From sequence record NC_070936.1: DNA of 64,000 nt. The stretch is one strand, 5' to 3'. Made by a program: the position numbers and the translations under genes. Positions 32,501 through 40,563 of the stretch are shown piece after piece (positions within the stretch are counted from its first letter, which is position 1; every line of letters begins with the position of its first letter). The notes under the pieces were generated by a model that saw only the letters and a program-made list of their open reading frames with translations, was not told the origin of the DNA and ran no database searches.

Positions 32501-35500
32501 ATTACCAGGAATTCCATATTCCCCATATTTAAGGGCCAGTACGATGGTTGCTGTTTCCATCCAAGGAATCGTAATCGCTGGGGTTTTGGATTCAACAGTA
32601 AAGACTTCATCAGAAGACTGAGTGATAACTTTAACTACGGCAACTGCATAGTCATCATTGACAACTGGCGGATTGGTAGCATTCTCTCTCACGAATACTA
32701 ATCTGAGAGTGTCTTCTGCTTGACCCAACAATGTGTAAGGTACATCACCATCTGGAGTGATCTCACCCAGTACGATGTTTTTAGGTATAGTACTCTTACC
32801 TAAATCAATACTTACATTCTTGGCAACATCACCGGCATACTTAAAGCGGAACTTCATTGTTCCAGGTGTACCAGCTTTACCTTCAACTTCTTCTGGACCT
32901 TCAGTGATAACGAATTTCTTACCGTCATATTTGGCGATATTGAAATCGGTTTCAGTATCCATCTGGTAGGTATTCCCACCCATGGAGTATTGAGCAGAAA
33001 GTCTCAGAGTGGTAGTAATGGAAGTAGATTGGCTACCGCCAGTAACGTACCATTTATTTGGTTCAGTGAAAGTGATATACGGGTTAGTTCCACGAGGAGT
33101 CAGACTTTCGATTGGAACAGGTCGACCTTGATCATCAACCAAAGTAATTCCAACGACGCCGCGATCCCATACGTTAACGTTAAATGAAGGGTTAGCTCCA
33201 ATTCTAACATCAGGAATATGGATGACTACCGGTACGGTATTTTCATTGGTCCAGGTTTTTCCATTAGGGTCAACGTACTCGACATTGATTTTGAAATCAT
33301 AGTCGTAGTCTTCGCCTTTCTCCCCACCTTTAGCAAGTTTAACAGTCAAGGACTCGTCATTGATCTTAACAAGTTCTACTGGCTCGCCATCACCTGAAGT
33401 GGCAGTGAGTTTTAACTTAGGATCATTCAGGGTTAATGGAATACCATCCCAGTTATAGACTAACTCGATAGTTGCTTCGGCATTCCAGATGCCTTTAACA
33501 GAAGGAGTGATCTTAACTAGGTTCAGTTCATGGGGCCATGCAATCTCAGTCGGAATATCAGCCTGGATCGTTCTACCACTTGGTGTGTGGCGATAGATCA
33601 GGGTCATTAAGTAATCACCACCACGAGTGGTTTCGTACCCAATAACTACACCTTCACCATCCACGTTAGAACTTACACCCATGATGAAAGTTTCTGGGAT
33701 AGTGGAAGCAGCTTTATCCACAACTACATCAGCGTTAGCCGGTTTACCTTTATAAACAAAGTTACCCGTTATTGTACCATTAGTTCTGGAATCTGCTTTG
33801 ATAGACTTAGGTTCCCAATCACCGCCGAAAGTGATCTGGTCCCAAGGCTCCAAATTAAAGACAACTTCAGTAATGAACTTGCGATCTTTAGCTTTGCCTA
33901 CGGTCCATTTAATTTCTAACGGAATCGTAATGGTGGTTGCTTCTTTCTCAGCCCAAATCACTTCCCAGTTAAGTTTATTGAAAGCAATATACTCATTATC
34001 CTGGATAGATTTGACGCTAGTAATCGCACCAGTCCAGTTGGTATTACCAGCCATGAGAGTGAAAGGCAATAGTCCAGTATCCCAAATAGCTGCATCGATA
34101 GGTGCGGCTGGGGTACCTTCTAAACGCATTTCTGGATATACAGTGAAGACAGGTAAAGTGAACTTAACGTTAGTTTGTTTACCGTCTCTTGGGTCTGTAT
34201 AGATGTACTCTAATTCCAAACCAGATTGACGAGTCTCACCGATGTATTCCCAAACGTTGTCAACAACCTCGACACCATTGTCTTTAACGTCAACGATACG
34301 GACGTTAGATTTGTCAGTACGCTTATACGTTAAGTTAGGATCGGTCAGTGGAACGACTTTACCAGCAAAGGTCAGAGTGATCTTAGCTAATGCTGAAGAA
34401 CCACCTACTTCAACTGTGGTTTCTTTATCGTAATCCTTAAGTACCAGTACACGAGACTGTTTAACGTCAGTGCTAACGTGAACAAGTGCGATATCTTCAG
34501 GTTTAGGATCTTCGATACCAGGGCGTTGAATATAAACTTTACCAGGCTCAGTAGTAGGTTGAAGTTTACTGTAGTTGGCACGAATAACATTTCGTTCTTC
34601 TATATAAACGAAAGAGTTGAAAGTAATCCCTGCTGGGGTTACTAACTTATCTTTCATTATTTCTGCTGTGGCGGTAATGTCTTCTGACAAGTGGTATACT
34701 TGGAATTCAAAGTAACCTGTTTCATCAGACAGACCGTCGATCAGTGCAGAAGAAGGAACGGCTACAGTTTTGGTGTTAATCCCAGGTTCTGTTGTACCAG
34801 GATCTTGTTCCCAAGCATTAACATTGAAAGTTTGATCGTAAGTAAACTGACGCCAAACACCATCAATAGTGTAACGGAACTTAAATGGAACTGTGGTGCT
34901 TTCTGCCGGAGCAGGAACATCTGGAGCATTACCAACGAACCATTGATCCGCATTACCTTTCTTAGGAATGATGAAACCTTTCTCATCTTCAAAAGTATAA
35001 TCACTAATTTTCTTAGTGACATCAACGCCGTTCACAATCAGTTTAAATGGATAGTCACCAAACTGATACTTATTAACCACGAGAGGGTTAGAGAGAACAG
35101 GAACCAGTTCAACTGTGGAGACCTGCGCTACAATTACACGGACCTTACGAGTGATGACGTATCTTACACCAGTTGGCGCAATCCAACGGAATACTTGATC
35201 ATAGTCATCTTCAATTTCTTCGCCGGGTTTGTTGGCGTCTTTGATGATGGTGTAATTAACACCTAACTGATCAACTGAATTATATTCGATCAGTTCTTTC
35301 TCACCTTTCTTACCTGTGCGGATATCAAGATCGGTAGGAGAAATAGGTTCATCATTATAAAAAGCACCAACAGTCAAAAGACCTTTATCGCCTTTATGAC
35401 CACGGATAACAGCTGGGAAACTACGAATCTCAAACTTAGGACCGGTATCTGGACGAGTAAGAACTACGTTCACATACGCCGGAGCTTTAGAAGTAATATC

Positions 35501-36706
35501 ACCTTCGTTATATACAAACTCAGCGGTATAGAGCCCACCGACTTGTTCAACGGTGTTCGGGAAGTTAGTGCTTAAATGACCTTCATAGATCATCGCGTCA
35601 TTTTCATCCCAGGTAGTAAACTTCATTGCACCGAAGTTACCTTGCTGGAGTAACGCAGATGGAGGAGCACTAATTCTTACCTTATTGCCTTTATAGAAAG
35701 CAGTGATCTTAACCTGTACATCTGAACCTGATGGCGCGGTAACGGTTTCTGGATCAATTACGAAAGTAAGATCGAAACTGTTATCCTTTTCGATAACCAC
35801 ATTGATTCTGAACGTTTTCTTAACAGGTCGACCTTGCCACATATAAGTGACACGCACGATGATCTCATCACGGACTTCTTTTTCAGAAGAACCATAAATG
35901 GTTTCACCAATGATGAAGTTTCCGTCTTCAGAACGTTTAGGAATGGTGTAACCAGAACCAGTACTGATTTCGATCAAAGCTTCATGTGTGATGTCAATAG
36001 TGGTGTTGAACCAATAGGTATTTGGAATACTGAAGTCTTTACCACGCTGGGTCGTAATGGACTCAGGAAGGTTAGAAGTAATTCCAGGAACATTGGCTTC
36101 ATCCAGAACTAATTCATAAATGAATAGTGGATAGGTTCCAGTACCAAATGAAGCATCAGTGATTTTAACTGTACCTGATTCGAGAGTATCGTAATCAATG
36201 AAAGTTAAAGATTCACGAGAGGTAACGTATTCATTAAAGAACAAATCACCAAAGGCAGCCATTGGACCACTGATGGTTTTTGCTTCTTCTTGAGAAAGCA
36301 GAACACCATAGTTATTAAGCCACTTACACCACAGTAAACCGTGATCTACTTTGTTGGCTTTAACGTAAGCTTTCAAGTTATCCAGGTCTTCGATCTCGAT
36401 CAATGGAACGGCGAAGTCTTCCAGGATATCTTTCATTTGTACACGAGTGATGTCGACGTCAACACGTGCAAAACCGGTTTTGCGCGCTGTAAAGCAAACG
36501 CGAGTAATACCATCAGGGAAAGCAACTGGGTTCTCAATAACTAAGTCACCAGCAACCAAACCTGTGTAACGTTCTTTAGCTAACGCCAACTCATCTTCAG
36601 GTCCTTCAACCTCAAGACGTTTTATACGTTCTTTCAAGAAACGTTCTACTGGTGTGTATAACGGATCGTTAATACACTTTTTGTTAATCTTAATTTGCTC
36701 TGCCAT
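26579..36706 (-). CDS. giant Ig-like repeat virion/fibre protein (chain member A, 3375 aa)
   Basis: Uninterrupted 10.1-kb ORF; alternating repeats (W..G.LPF.L..G..D.T and P..+.G..G..G.+...YKG); distinct N-terminal domain of about 190 aa. Confidence 0.8.
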   Translation of the reverse strand: MAEQIKINKKCINDPLYTPVERFLKERIKRLEVEGPEDELALAKERYTGLVAGDLVIENPVAFPDGITRVCFTARKTGFARVDVDITRVQMKDILEDFAVPLIEIEDLDNLKAYVKANKVDHGLLWCKWLNNYGVLLSQEEAKTISGPMAAFGDLFFNEYVTSRESLTFIDYDTLESGTVKITDASFGTGTYPLFIYELVLDEANVPGITSNLPESITTQRGKDFSIPNTYWFNTTIDITHEALIEISTGSGYTIPKRSEDGNFIIGETIYGSSEKEVRDEIIVRVTYMWQGRPVKKTFRINVVIEKDNSFDLTFVIDPETVTAPSGSDVQVKITAFYKGNKVRISAPPSALLQQGNFGAMKFTTWDENDAMIYEGHLSTNFPNTVEQVGGLYTAEFVYNEGDITSKAPAYVNVVLTRPDTGPKFEIRSFPAVIRGHKGDKGLLTVGAFYNDEPISPTDLDIRTGKKGEKELIEYNSVDQLGVNYTIIKDANKPGEEIEDDYDQVFRWIAPTGVRYVITRKVRVIVAQVSTVELVPVLSNPLVVNKYQFGDYPFKLIVNGVDVTKKISDYTFEDEKGFIIPKKGNADQWFVGNAPDVPAPAESTTVPFKFRYTIDGVWRQFTYDQTFNVNAWEQDPGTTEPGINTKTVAVPSSALIDGLSDETGYFEFQVYHLSEDITATAEIMKDKLVTPAGITFNSFVYIEERNVIRANYSKLQPTTEPGKVYIQRPGIEDPKPEDIALVHVSTDVKQSRVLVLKDYDKETTVEVGGSSALAKITLTFAGKVVPLTDPNLTYKRTDKSNVRIVDVKDNGVEVVDNVWEYIGETRQSGLELEYIYTDPRDGKQTNVKFTLPVFTVYPEMRLEGTPAAPIDAAIWDTGLLPFTLMAGNTNWTGAITSVKSIQDNEYIAFNKLNWEVIWAEKEATTITIPLEIKWTVGKAKDRKFITEVVFNLEPWDQITFGGDWEPKSIKADSRTNGTITGNFVYKGKPANADVVVDKAASTIPETFIMGVSSNVDGEGVVIGYETTRGGDYLMTLIYRHTPSGRTIQADIPTEIAWPHELNLVKITPSVKGIWNAEATIELVYNWDGIPLTLNDPKLKLTATSGDGEPVELVKINDESLTVKLAKGGEKGEDYDYDFKINVEYVDPNGKTWTNENTVPVVIHIPDVRIGANPSFNVNVWDRGVVGITLVDDQGRPVPIESLTPRGTNPYITFTEPNKWYVTGGSQSTSITTTLRLSAQYSMGGNTYQMDTETDFNIAKYDGKKFVITEGPEEVEGKAGTPGTMKFRFKYAGDVAKNVSIDLGKSTIPKNIVLGEITPDGDVPYTLLGQAEDTLRLVFVRENATNPPVVNDDYAVAVVKVITQSSDEVFTVESKTPAITIPWMETATIVLALKYGEYGIPGNTPGLKYELVDNGKAHSIRIVGGVSNGVVIQAIRSNVSEALTVYPEDIKVTYEVGAPAPKEGTISTQVSIQMGKVEITNNDPINGKIWDRGSFTQGIKMGDNPLNTVQGYKTNEPDNQWVEFIAPRGWEIIGAEKVQSDKTIKMQVLYKVDEVPEVQSLEFDATFRIQGAQDTTRFKCTVTPNKLETAVGEQNTLKVRPIYKDKEVGASATFKPELSTFPKSVKYVSSSMDGVDFVLTFEGVEAGLGEMDLVFWSPAAGTDPAPYDVWTGKVPTKVMGELGVEIGDRDNLLTGKDGDTGEYKLQILFGGIPIDAKQEMANGSLRVTVEKGEGASPNAGVLSIGSWESESFNYSLAGVVAPGREITVSDFINITYTYGGNNYSRRVEIPELYTSAPVVVVPRSPVACKMFDTQSLGIGSATCGDVSLTASSLPAPAESGWMNCELDEEQPNGYITVSLRSFTVVKADETNKSLTLKMIYNGIYRNWTWKGEADVVFNIAAWNQRTLESFWMHRNPPEHYPDNTYPLVMEVGDVTTVDMQTVYKLIPNFNNTDIIDYLETDFRDAMDIEFTGPIGGGSEARARYSVTPTKEFKGDIKLILRRPGGAKPGVEFLDWCSLVIGADFKQPPLLVTGWNAGLKGGNGDKGNMPLRVTLRGRNILLDNPDLKITLDPDDIIKITGSNQTQYQYEVIAPIDAELGKREIKVSLSYTDPNTGTTHTGEYTQPFEIVVPADYPVITPIRVSVEPFNRVRGPQIFKVMVGGTDLTTQCTPVSMETLDADAQGILIIPDDENPNKDWMWCIDNYIGNTGNHNVRTSWVIEVPFRGSTIQIPDVELTTLVASRPTHAGWIQGTGAPNPFELTKDKEGELRFKMTNRGLPTTALTLNQEQTQNSAFFEVLSVEPDGDELVVKYKGLNSFFAVFNFVWDVVGYDGTNDLHQRGKVQLKAFQGPRLEPNTDPVDVDIWGKFTPFKVFSGETDITTQCSITAISSNYFEAGPSATVQCINADPTPKTVEVEFTYSTPASTGNVVLTGKITVNISAWDGIEFWGEPVNKNGVSAPVITEEGDGFVINIPFTNNFYTFFFRAMLKNKTYPIGTNRSGYSTINRIESEDPTAIHWTSGGGSNANEVSVRVIPDKLGKYKGKVPLQYNGTEANGPNGYPAGTPGKNFDNMPVIWNMFEDKITFREGFVPEPIIVPAGSTTVVDVPCDLVWGALAVNLNLTNEVISVGLTHDLGIATLFGASNVQGTNRFNWTAKSYKISPAAVKPGATDVTSYFTFNIRFKNPNNNKEYTFSYDQPIIFKAKEGATDPVLTVTDVQEVNTSVWKKNTGLPFKLAIDGVDYPADTSSVTNIKAADKDKDWLEMGPKLTDGYTVIDGEPEATTKTGTFIVTVVQGPRVWEIEQDVVFNIEGYDGQALSFKFNNPSQFNNGIMGQTNAIFRGTVSGEYRKVAISDYSLFEIDSARSKLPGFAENIYNQGPDNNSKNIYFNWQALATDMKEPQEGYLCVGLKSRMYLPDAVEGVDFTYVKVPVQTYYVDGYYLISADPEEFTGQFGGPVMRMDVKYRKGIDEARILSTDFNRAVFTPNVVTTTYIAGGYFQFKFANDIDVGELTSDVVAAWNKDTNIPPDRQLKIPFKVTQVSTVPKPTVTNLTSEITAHINESGPLPFKLDWKGNDVTDQISAVRISDNSYVSIKDKGWVISHADVQTTKVMPTFEVDITLDNVTFTIKQEVTFTVYGYNGKEINATADDVILMTGEQGFITIKGDYSGEPLVGNVTFDKSSSISIPAGLITFGNMSPGSDGTLVIKVTGGNVGNGDLKIRLKSVHDTGNGNIGSDYIDLRPKVEILPTELTPASGFQTTGTGNYYELPTLIQSVLLGSTALANTDENLIIQIVDYPAVTIGTLSDKTIGYKFTNDSTEEVIHKFKLKFTYKGRSEYIVDITLTQSASPTTPYVTDITQIDVEYSKSYAAPFKVISPR

Positions 36707-36783
36707 CAGCAGGGTCCTCTTTTATATGAAAAATCTATACTTTACATTTTAGAAGCAAATGATTCTAAGCCTCATACCATAAT

Positions 36784-36815
36784 AATGAGAGCCCAGGTTA
36801 CCCCAGACTCTCATT
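36784..36815 (-). terminator. hairpin / probable terminator
   Basis: AATGAGAG..CAGG-TTA-CCCCAGACTCTCATT stem between the 938-aa and 3375-aa genes. Confidence 0.6.
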
Positions 36816-36819
36816 CATT

Positions 36820-39636
36820 TTATTTAGTTTTCAAATCAATAACTAATGGATAGTAAAGTGGGTCAGGTGAAGGGAATCTGAATTTAGCATCTGCATAATA
36901 AGAAGTTCTTCTTTTCTTATCTGCAATAACCTCAACATATCCAATACCTGTTTGACGGTCATAAATAAGATCGATTGTTCTTACTTTCGTGTTGATATTG
37001 TTCTTGAAGAAATCATCAATACGAATGAACTTAGGATTCTTACCACTGGCATCTTTAAACTGCCACTTGTAAACTAATGTTCCCGACTTGGTAAACTCAT
37101 GACCTAAATAAGAAGCTGTTGCTGCAGGAGCATAATACTGCTGTCCTGTTTTAGCTTCGACAGTTAGCGAAGTACCAATCACTCTCACTTCAAAATTCAC
37201 ATCGAAAGGCATAACACCATTAACATCTTTCAATGGGAGTGTGTGGGTAATGATACCAGTTTTATCATTATAAATGAAGTTACTGGCTTCTTTGGTAAGA
37301 TTGTTTATTTTAACACCGGCACTAGAAGGTCGAGTCGATCTCAGTTGGTAACTAAGAACTAAGTCGCCATTCTTAAGTTCATAACCTAAGTACTCAACGT
37401 TAACTTTCAGTTTAGGTTCTTCAGTGTGAAGTAATTTGAACCATTGATCGTGAACACCATCCTCAGTTTCTATTCTGAGTTTAATATCCAGTCCGTAGTT
37501 TAGCTTGGCGTCCTGGTTATATTCACAATCAACGGCAAAGTTGAGATTACCAGTTTCTGGATCATAGCTTTCAGAACGACGGAGGTTTGAGATCCCCTTT
37601 ACATTCTCACCCAAAACAACAGAAGTTATTTTAACAGAAGGTGGGATTTCCCCGTTCTTAAGTATGACACCTAAGTTAAAGTTAAGTGAGTTCTTAATCA
37701 CACTAATGGCGTTAGTTTTCAATGAAACCGGAAATGAATCAGACCCGAATGTAGTAGACGATTCGAAATCGTATTCTGGGTTATCTCTGTAACCAGCCAG
37801 GTAGACCTTTCCTTTAAGGGTATGGGTTTCTTTGAAGCCGGTGGTTTCTACTTTGGTCAATATAGTCAATCGACCATTATGATAACCAGATTTAATGATT
37901 CCAGTGGATTTACCATTAACTTCAACTTTATTACTAACCATTACCATATTGGCAGGCGATGAGCCATCTTCAAACTTAGGTTCGAATACAGCCTTTTCAA
38001 TACCACCAATGACGGTATGTTCAATCACAGTAAAATCAATCTTACCTTCATCGGTAGGGATATTAATGTAATCCACAGTCTTGATATGAAGTGGTATTTT
38101 TCTTAGCACATTAGTTTTCACTAAAGCAGTACCAATCAACTCTACTTCTACAGCTTCTTCTTTCTGTTCATTCAGAATAAAGAATCCATTAACAATGTTG
38201 GGGTTCGTATCGTGTTTTTGAACGACATTGTTACTAGAAGGAATACGGTTGATCAACAAGCACAGTGAAGTGGCATCGATAGACACTATCTTCTCATTAG
38301 AAACCAGTGAGAAACTATAATCCATTCTGTCGGATTCATTTCTTATAATCGCCTCATTAAAGATGGCAATTGGTTTAGCCGTAGCTTCAACAAACCAAGG
38401 AACCATTTTATTATCGATAATGAAATGACCACGAAGGTTATAATGAAGTTCTCTACTGTTATCCACTACGACTTCCCAGGTAGCGATAAATTCATTACTA
38501 CCTTCAATCCAATTCAATCTTGGAGCAGCTGACCCGATTAAATGACTAACGAAGTCTGCTGGAGGAACGTGTAGATTCTGGAGAAGATAATTGGAATCTT
38601 CCTTTGAGGTTACCTTAAACCGAGCTTGAAGTGTATTATCTCCTAAGGTGGTAGAGATTAATTCTGCCTTATATGTAGATTGATGGTCATAATCCACAGA
38701 CAGATTAAAATCGATAGGTGGATAATTTTCACCTTTGGCTTTGGTAATAAAATTGTAATTCAACGTACCTTCTGGGATAACCCCCACCACTATATCGAAC
38801 TCGTATAGACCAGTGCGAGGATCGTAATTGATACTGTTAGGTTTTACAATACCAGTTGGAACATTATTGCCATATAGGAAAGGTGTCTCAAGAGAGAATG
38901 AACTCGGTGGTAGATTGGTATCAGCCCACTTAACTTCCATCATTACACGCAATGTTCTTTCTTTGAGAACTTTACTAATAACTTTATAGTTGATTGTTTT
39001 AGTTCTTTCTAGTCGACCATTGAAAGAAACTACAGTTCCAGGTTGGTCAGGTAAGGATCTTACTTCCGAACTATATTCCATATCAGCATACATAGCTCTG
39101 CTCTTAGCCTGGTAGGTCGCCACCAATATACCATCGATAGGATTATAAGTTTGCGTTAGTACTTTGTTACTAATCAGGTTACCTGTTGGCTTAGCTTCAT
39201 TATCCAAGCAGGCGAACTCAGGGATCTTCCCATTGGTTCTTTCTACTTTTAATGTCACTATCAGTTTATCGTCATGGAATCTAAATGAGGACGACTTGAT
39301 TAGTAAAGCCGGTTCTGGGATTCTGAGTTCTTCAGAATGTTCAAAAGGTGTTGAATATTTCTCACCTTCTATGATGTAACTTCCTTTGACTTTAAAAGGA
39401 ACATCCACATCTGGGTTTGTTTCCGGTTCTACTTTGAACACTGTTCTGTAAGTACCGGTATTTAAATCGTAACCTTGAGAAACCGGATCACCATCTAAAC
39501 CAATTACATTATTAAGGAAAACCCGTTTAGGATAACCACCCCTTGTATAACGAACAACGTGTTCTATAACTAGGTGATCAAACCCTTCTCTTTTTATTCC
39601 TCCACTAAGATATATAGTGGTTGGGTGATCGATCAT
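36820..39636 (-). CDS. beta-rich repeat protein, probable virion structural protein (938 aa)
   Basis: Repeats of about 100 aa with Y(D/N)P.TG motif (YDLNTG, YNPIDG, YDPRTG, YDPETG, YNDKTG, YDRQTG); GGAGG RBS. Confidence 0.7.
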   Translation of the reverse strand: MIDHPTTIYLSGGIKREGFDHLVIEHVVRYTRGGYPKRVFLNNVIGLDGDPVSQGYDLNTGTYRTVFKVEPETNPDVDVPFKVKGSYIIEGEKYSTPFEHSEELRIPEPALLIKSSSFRFHDDKLIVTLKVERTNGKIPEFACLDNEAKPTGNLISNKVLTQTYNPIDGILVATYQAKSRAMYADMEYSSEVRSLPDQPGTVVSFNGRLERTKTINYKVISKVLKERTLRVMMEVKWADTNLPPSSFSLETPFLYGNNVPTGIVKPNSINYDPRTGLYEFDIVVGVIPEGTLNYNFITKAKGENYPPIDFNLSVDYDHQSTYKAELISTTLGDNTLQARFKVTSKEDSNYLLQNLHVPPADFVSHLIGSAAPRLNWIEGSNEFIATWEVVVDNSRELHYNLRGHFIIDNKMVPWFVEATAKPIAIFNEAIIRNESDRMDYSFSLVSNEKIVSIDATSLCLLINRIPSSNNVVQKHDTNPNIVNGFFILNEQKEEAVEVELIGTALVKTNVLRKIPLHIKTVDYINIPTDEGKIDFTVIEHTVIGGIEKAVFEPKFEDGSSPANMVMVSNKVEVNGKSTGIIKSGYHNGRLTILTKVETTGFKETHTLKGKVYLAGYRDNPEYDFESSTTFGSDSFPVSLKTNAISVIKNSLNFNLGVILKNGEIPPSVKITSVVLGENVKGISNLRRSESYDPETGNLNFAVDCEYNQDAKLNYGLDIKLRIETEDGVHDQWFKLLHTEEPKLKVNVEYLGYELKNGDLVLSYQLRSTRPSSAGVKINNLTKEASNFIYNDKTGIITHTLPLKDVNGVMPFDVNFEVRVIGTSLTVEAKTGQQYYAPAATASYLGHEFTKSGTLVYKWQFKDASGKNPKFIRIDDFFKNNINTKVRTIDLIYDRQTGIGYVEVIADKKRRTSYYADAKFRFPSPDPLYYPLVIDLKTK

Positions 39637-39661
39637 ACTTCCTCCGATATCGATACTGTTT

Positions 39662-39673
39662 GGACATAGAATC
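39662..39673 (-). promoter_or_regulatory. putative late promoter (GATTCTATGTCC)
   Basis: Identical to 19686-19697; follows terminator 39681-39706. Confidence 0.5.
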
Positions 39674-39680
39674 TGATAAA

Positions 39681-39706
39681 GAGTCCCTGGACGAACCCAG
39701 GGACTC
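39681..39706 (-). terminator. intrinsic terminator
   Basis: GAGTCCCTGG-ACGAAC-CCAGGGACTC. Confidence 0.75.
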
Positions 39707-39714
39707 TAATATCA

Positions 39715-40452
39715 TTAAGGTTCTATAACTAACGTGGTTCTGACACTACGTGAGCTGCATTTAACATCGGCATTACTAAACCATACTTCATAGTTAGTGC
39801 TGCTTTTGTTAGCAACATATGTGGTAAAGGTCACTGTTTTCTCATCAATGATCTTAGCGTCTCTGATCCAGTTAAATGTATTGGATCTCCCAGCAGCCTC
39901 ACTATACGTATAGTCTCGTTGTACAACCAACTTGTCTGATGTTATACCATCCTCAGGAAGTTTGACTGTCCACACCCCCAGGTTTCTTTCTTTGTCATAG
40001 ACAACTGAAACTTCGCCTGGGCCAACAGGAATATAATCGAATTCTGTTCTAGACGTATACTCAACACCGTCAGCTAATATAACTATATTAGTGGCCGCGC
40101 TATCTGGCTTATTGACGATATTTATATGAGCACGCAGACTGGTTTCTCCAAAGAGACCGTTTTCTCTCTTCCTTATTTTTAACGGACCAGTACCGCCCCA
40201 GATACCGGGCTCAAATCCTTTTACTTCCCACTCATTAATATAGGTAGTATTCCCTTTCTCATCAATGACTCTGAATGTTCCAAGTACTGAAGATTTGACC
40301 ATGTTATCCCATTCGGTAACTAGTTGGTTACCTCCTGTATACCCATAGCGCTGTTCAAATAAGATTGCAGGTCTACCCATATAACCATTGACCGCTCCAA
40401 ATGAAAATAATAACTGTTTTAAGTCAACAATGTGACCATAGGATCCGAACAT
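39715..40452 (-). CDS. beta-rich hypothetical protein, probable structural protein
   Basis: 245-aa ORF; true start may be ATG 40380 (MGRPAIL) because 40452 abuts a terminator with no RBS. Confidence 0.65.
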   Translation of the reverse strand: MFGSYGHIVDLKQLLFSFGAVNGYMGRPAILFEQRYGYTGGNQLVTEWDNMVKSSVLGTFRVIDEKGNTTYINEWEVKGFEPGIWGGTGPLKIRKRENGLFGETSLRAHINIVNKPDSAATNIVILADGVEYTSRTEFDYIPVGPGEVSVVYDKERNLGVWTVKLPEDGITSDKLVVQRDYTYSEAAGRSNTFNWIRDAKIIDEKTVTFTTYVANKSSTNYEVWFSNADVKCSSRSVRTTLVIEP

Positions 40453-40453
40453 A

Positions 40454-40481
40454 GAGTAGGGTGGCTTCGGCCACCCTACTC
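40454..40481 (-). terminator. intrinsic terminator
   Basis: GAGTAGGGTGGC-TTCG-GCCACCCTACTC. Confidence 0.8.
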
Positions 40482-40494
40482 ATTATGATCTTAA

Positions 40495-40563
40495 TTAAAG
40501 TTCGAAGTCATTGAATGCGCCTTCTGCAACATTGGAATCGATTTGACCTACCAGGTAAGAACT
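40495..40563 (-). repeat. duplicated nrdB 3' end (22 codons plus stop)
   Basis: [22 protein letters not shown] is collinear with nrd[23 protein letters not shown] at 41344-41412. Confidence 0.9.

Noticed and set aside
19755-36706. CRISPR-like or DNA-level tandem repeat array
   Set aside because: Repeats are visible only at protein level and are highly diverged; no constant repeat-spacer pattern
40381-40452. ATG 40452 as the true start of the 245-aa ORF
   Set aside because: It directly follows a terminator stem with no RBS and overlaps a TATG late-promoter-like motif; ATG 40380 is more plausible though its RBS spacing is long
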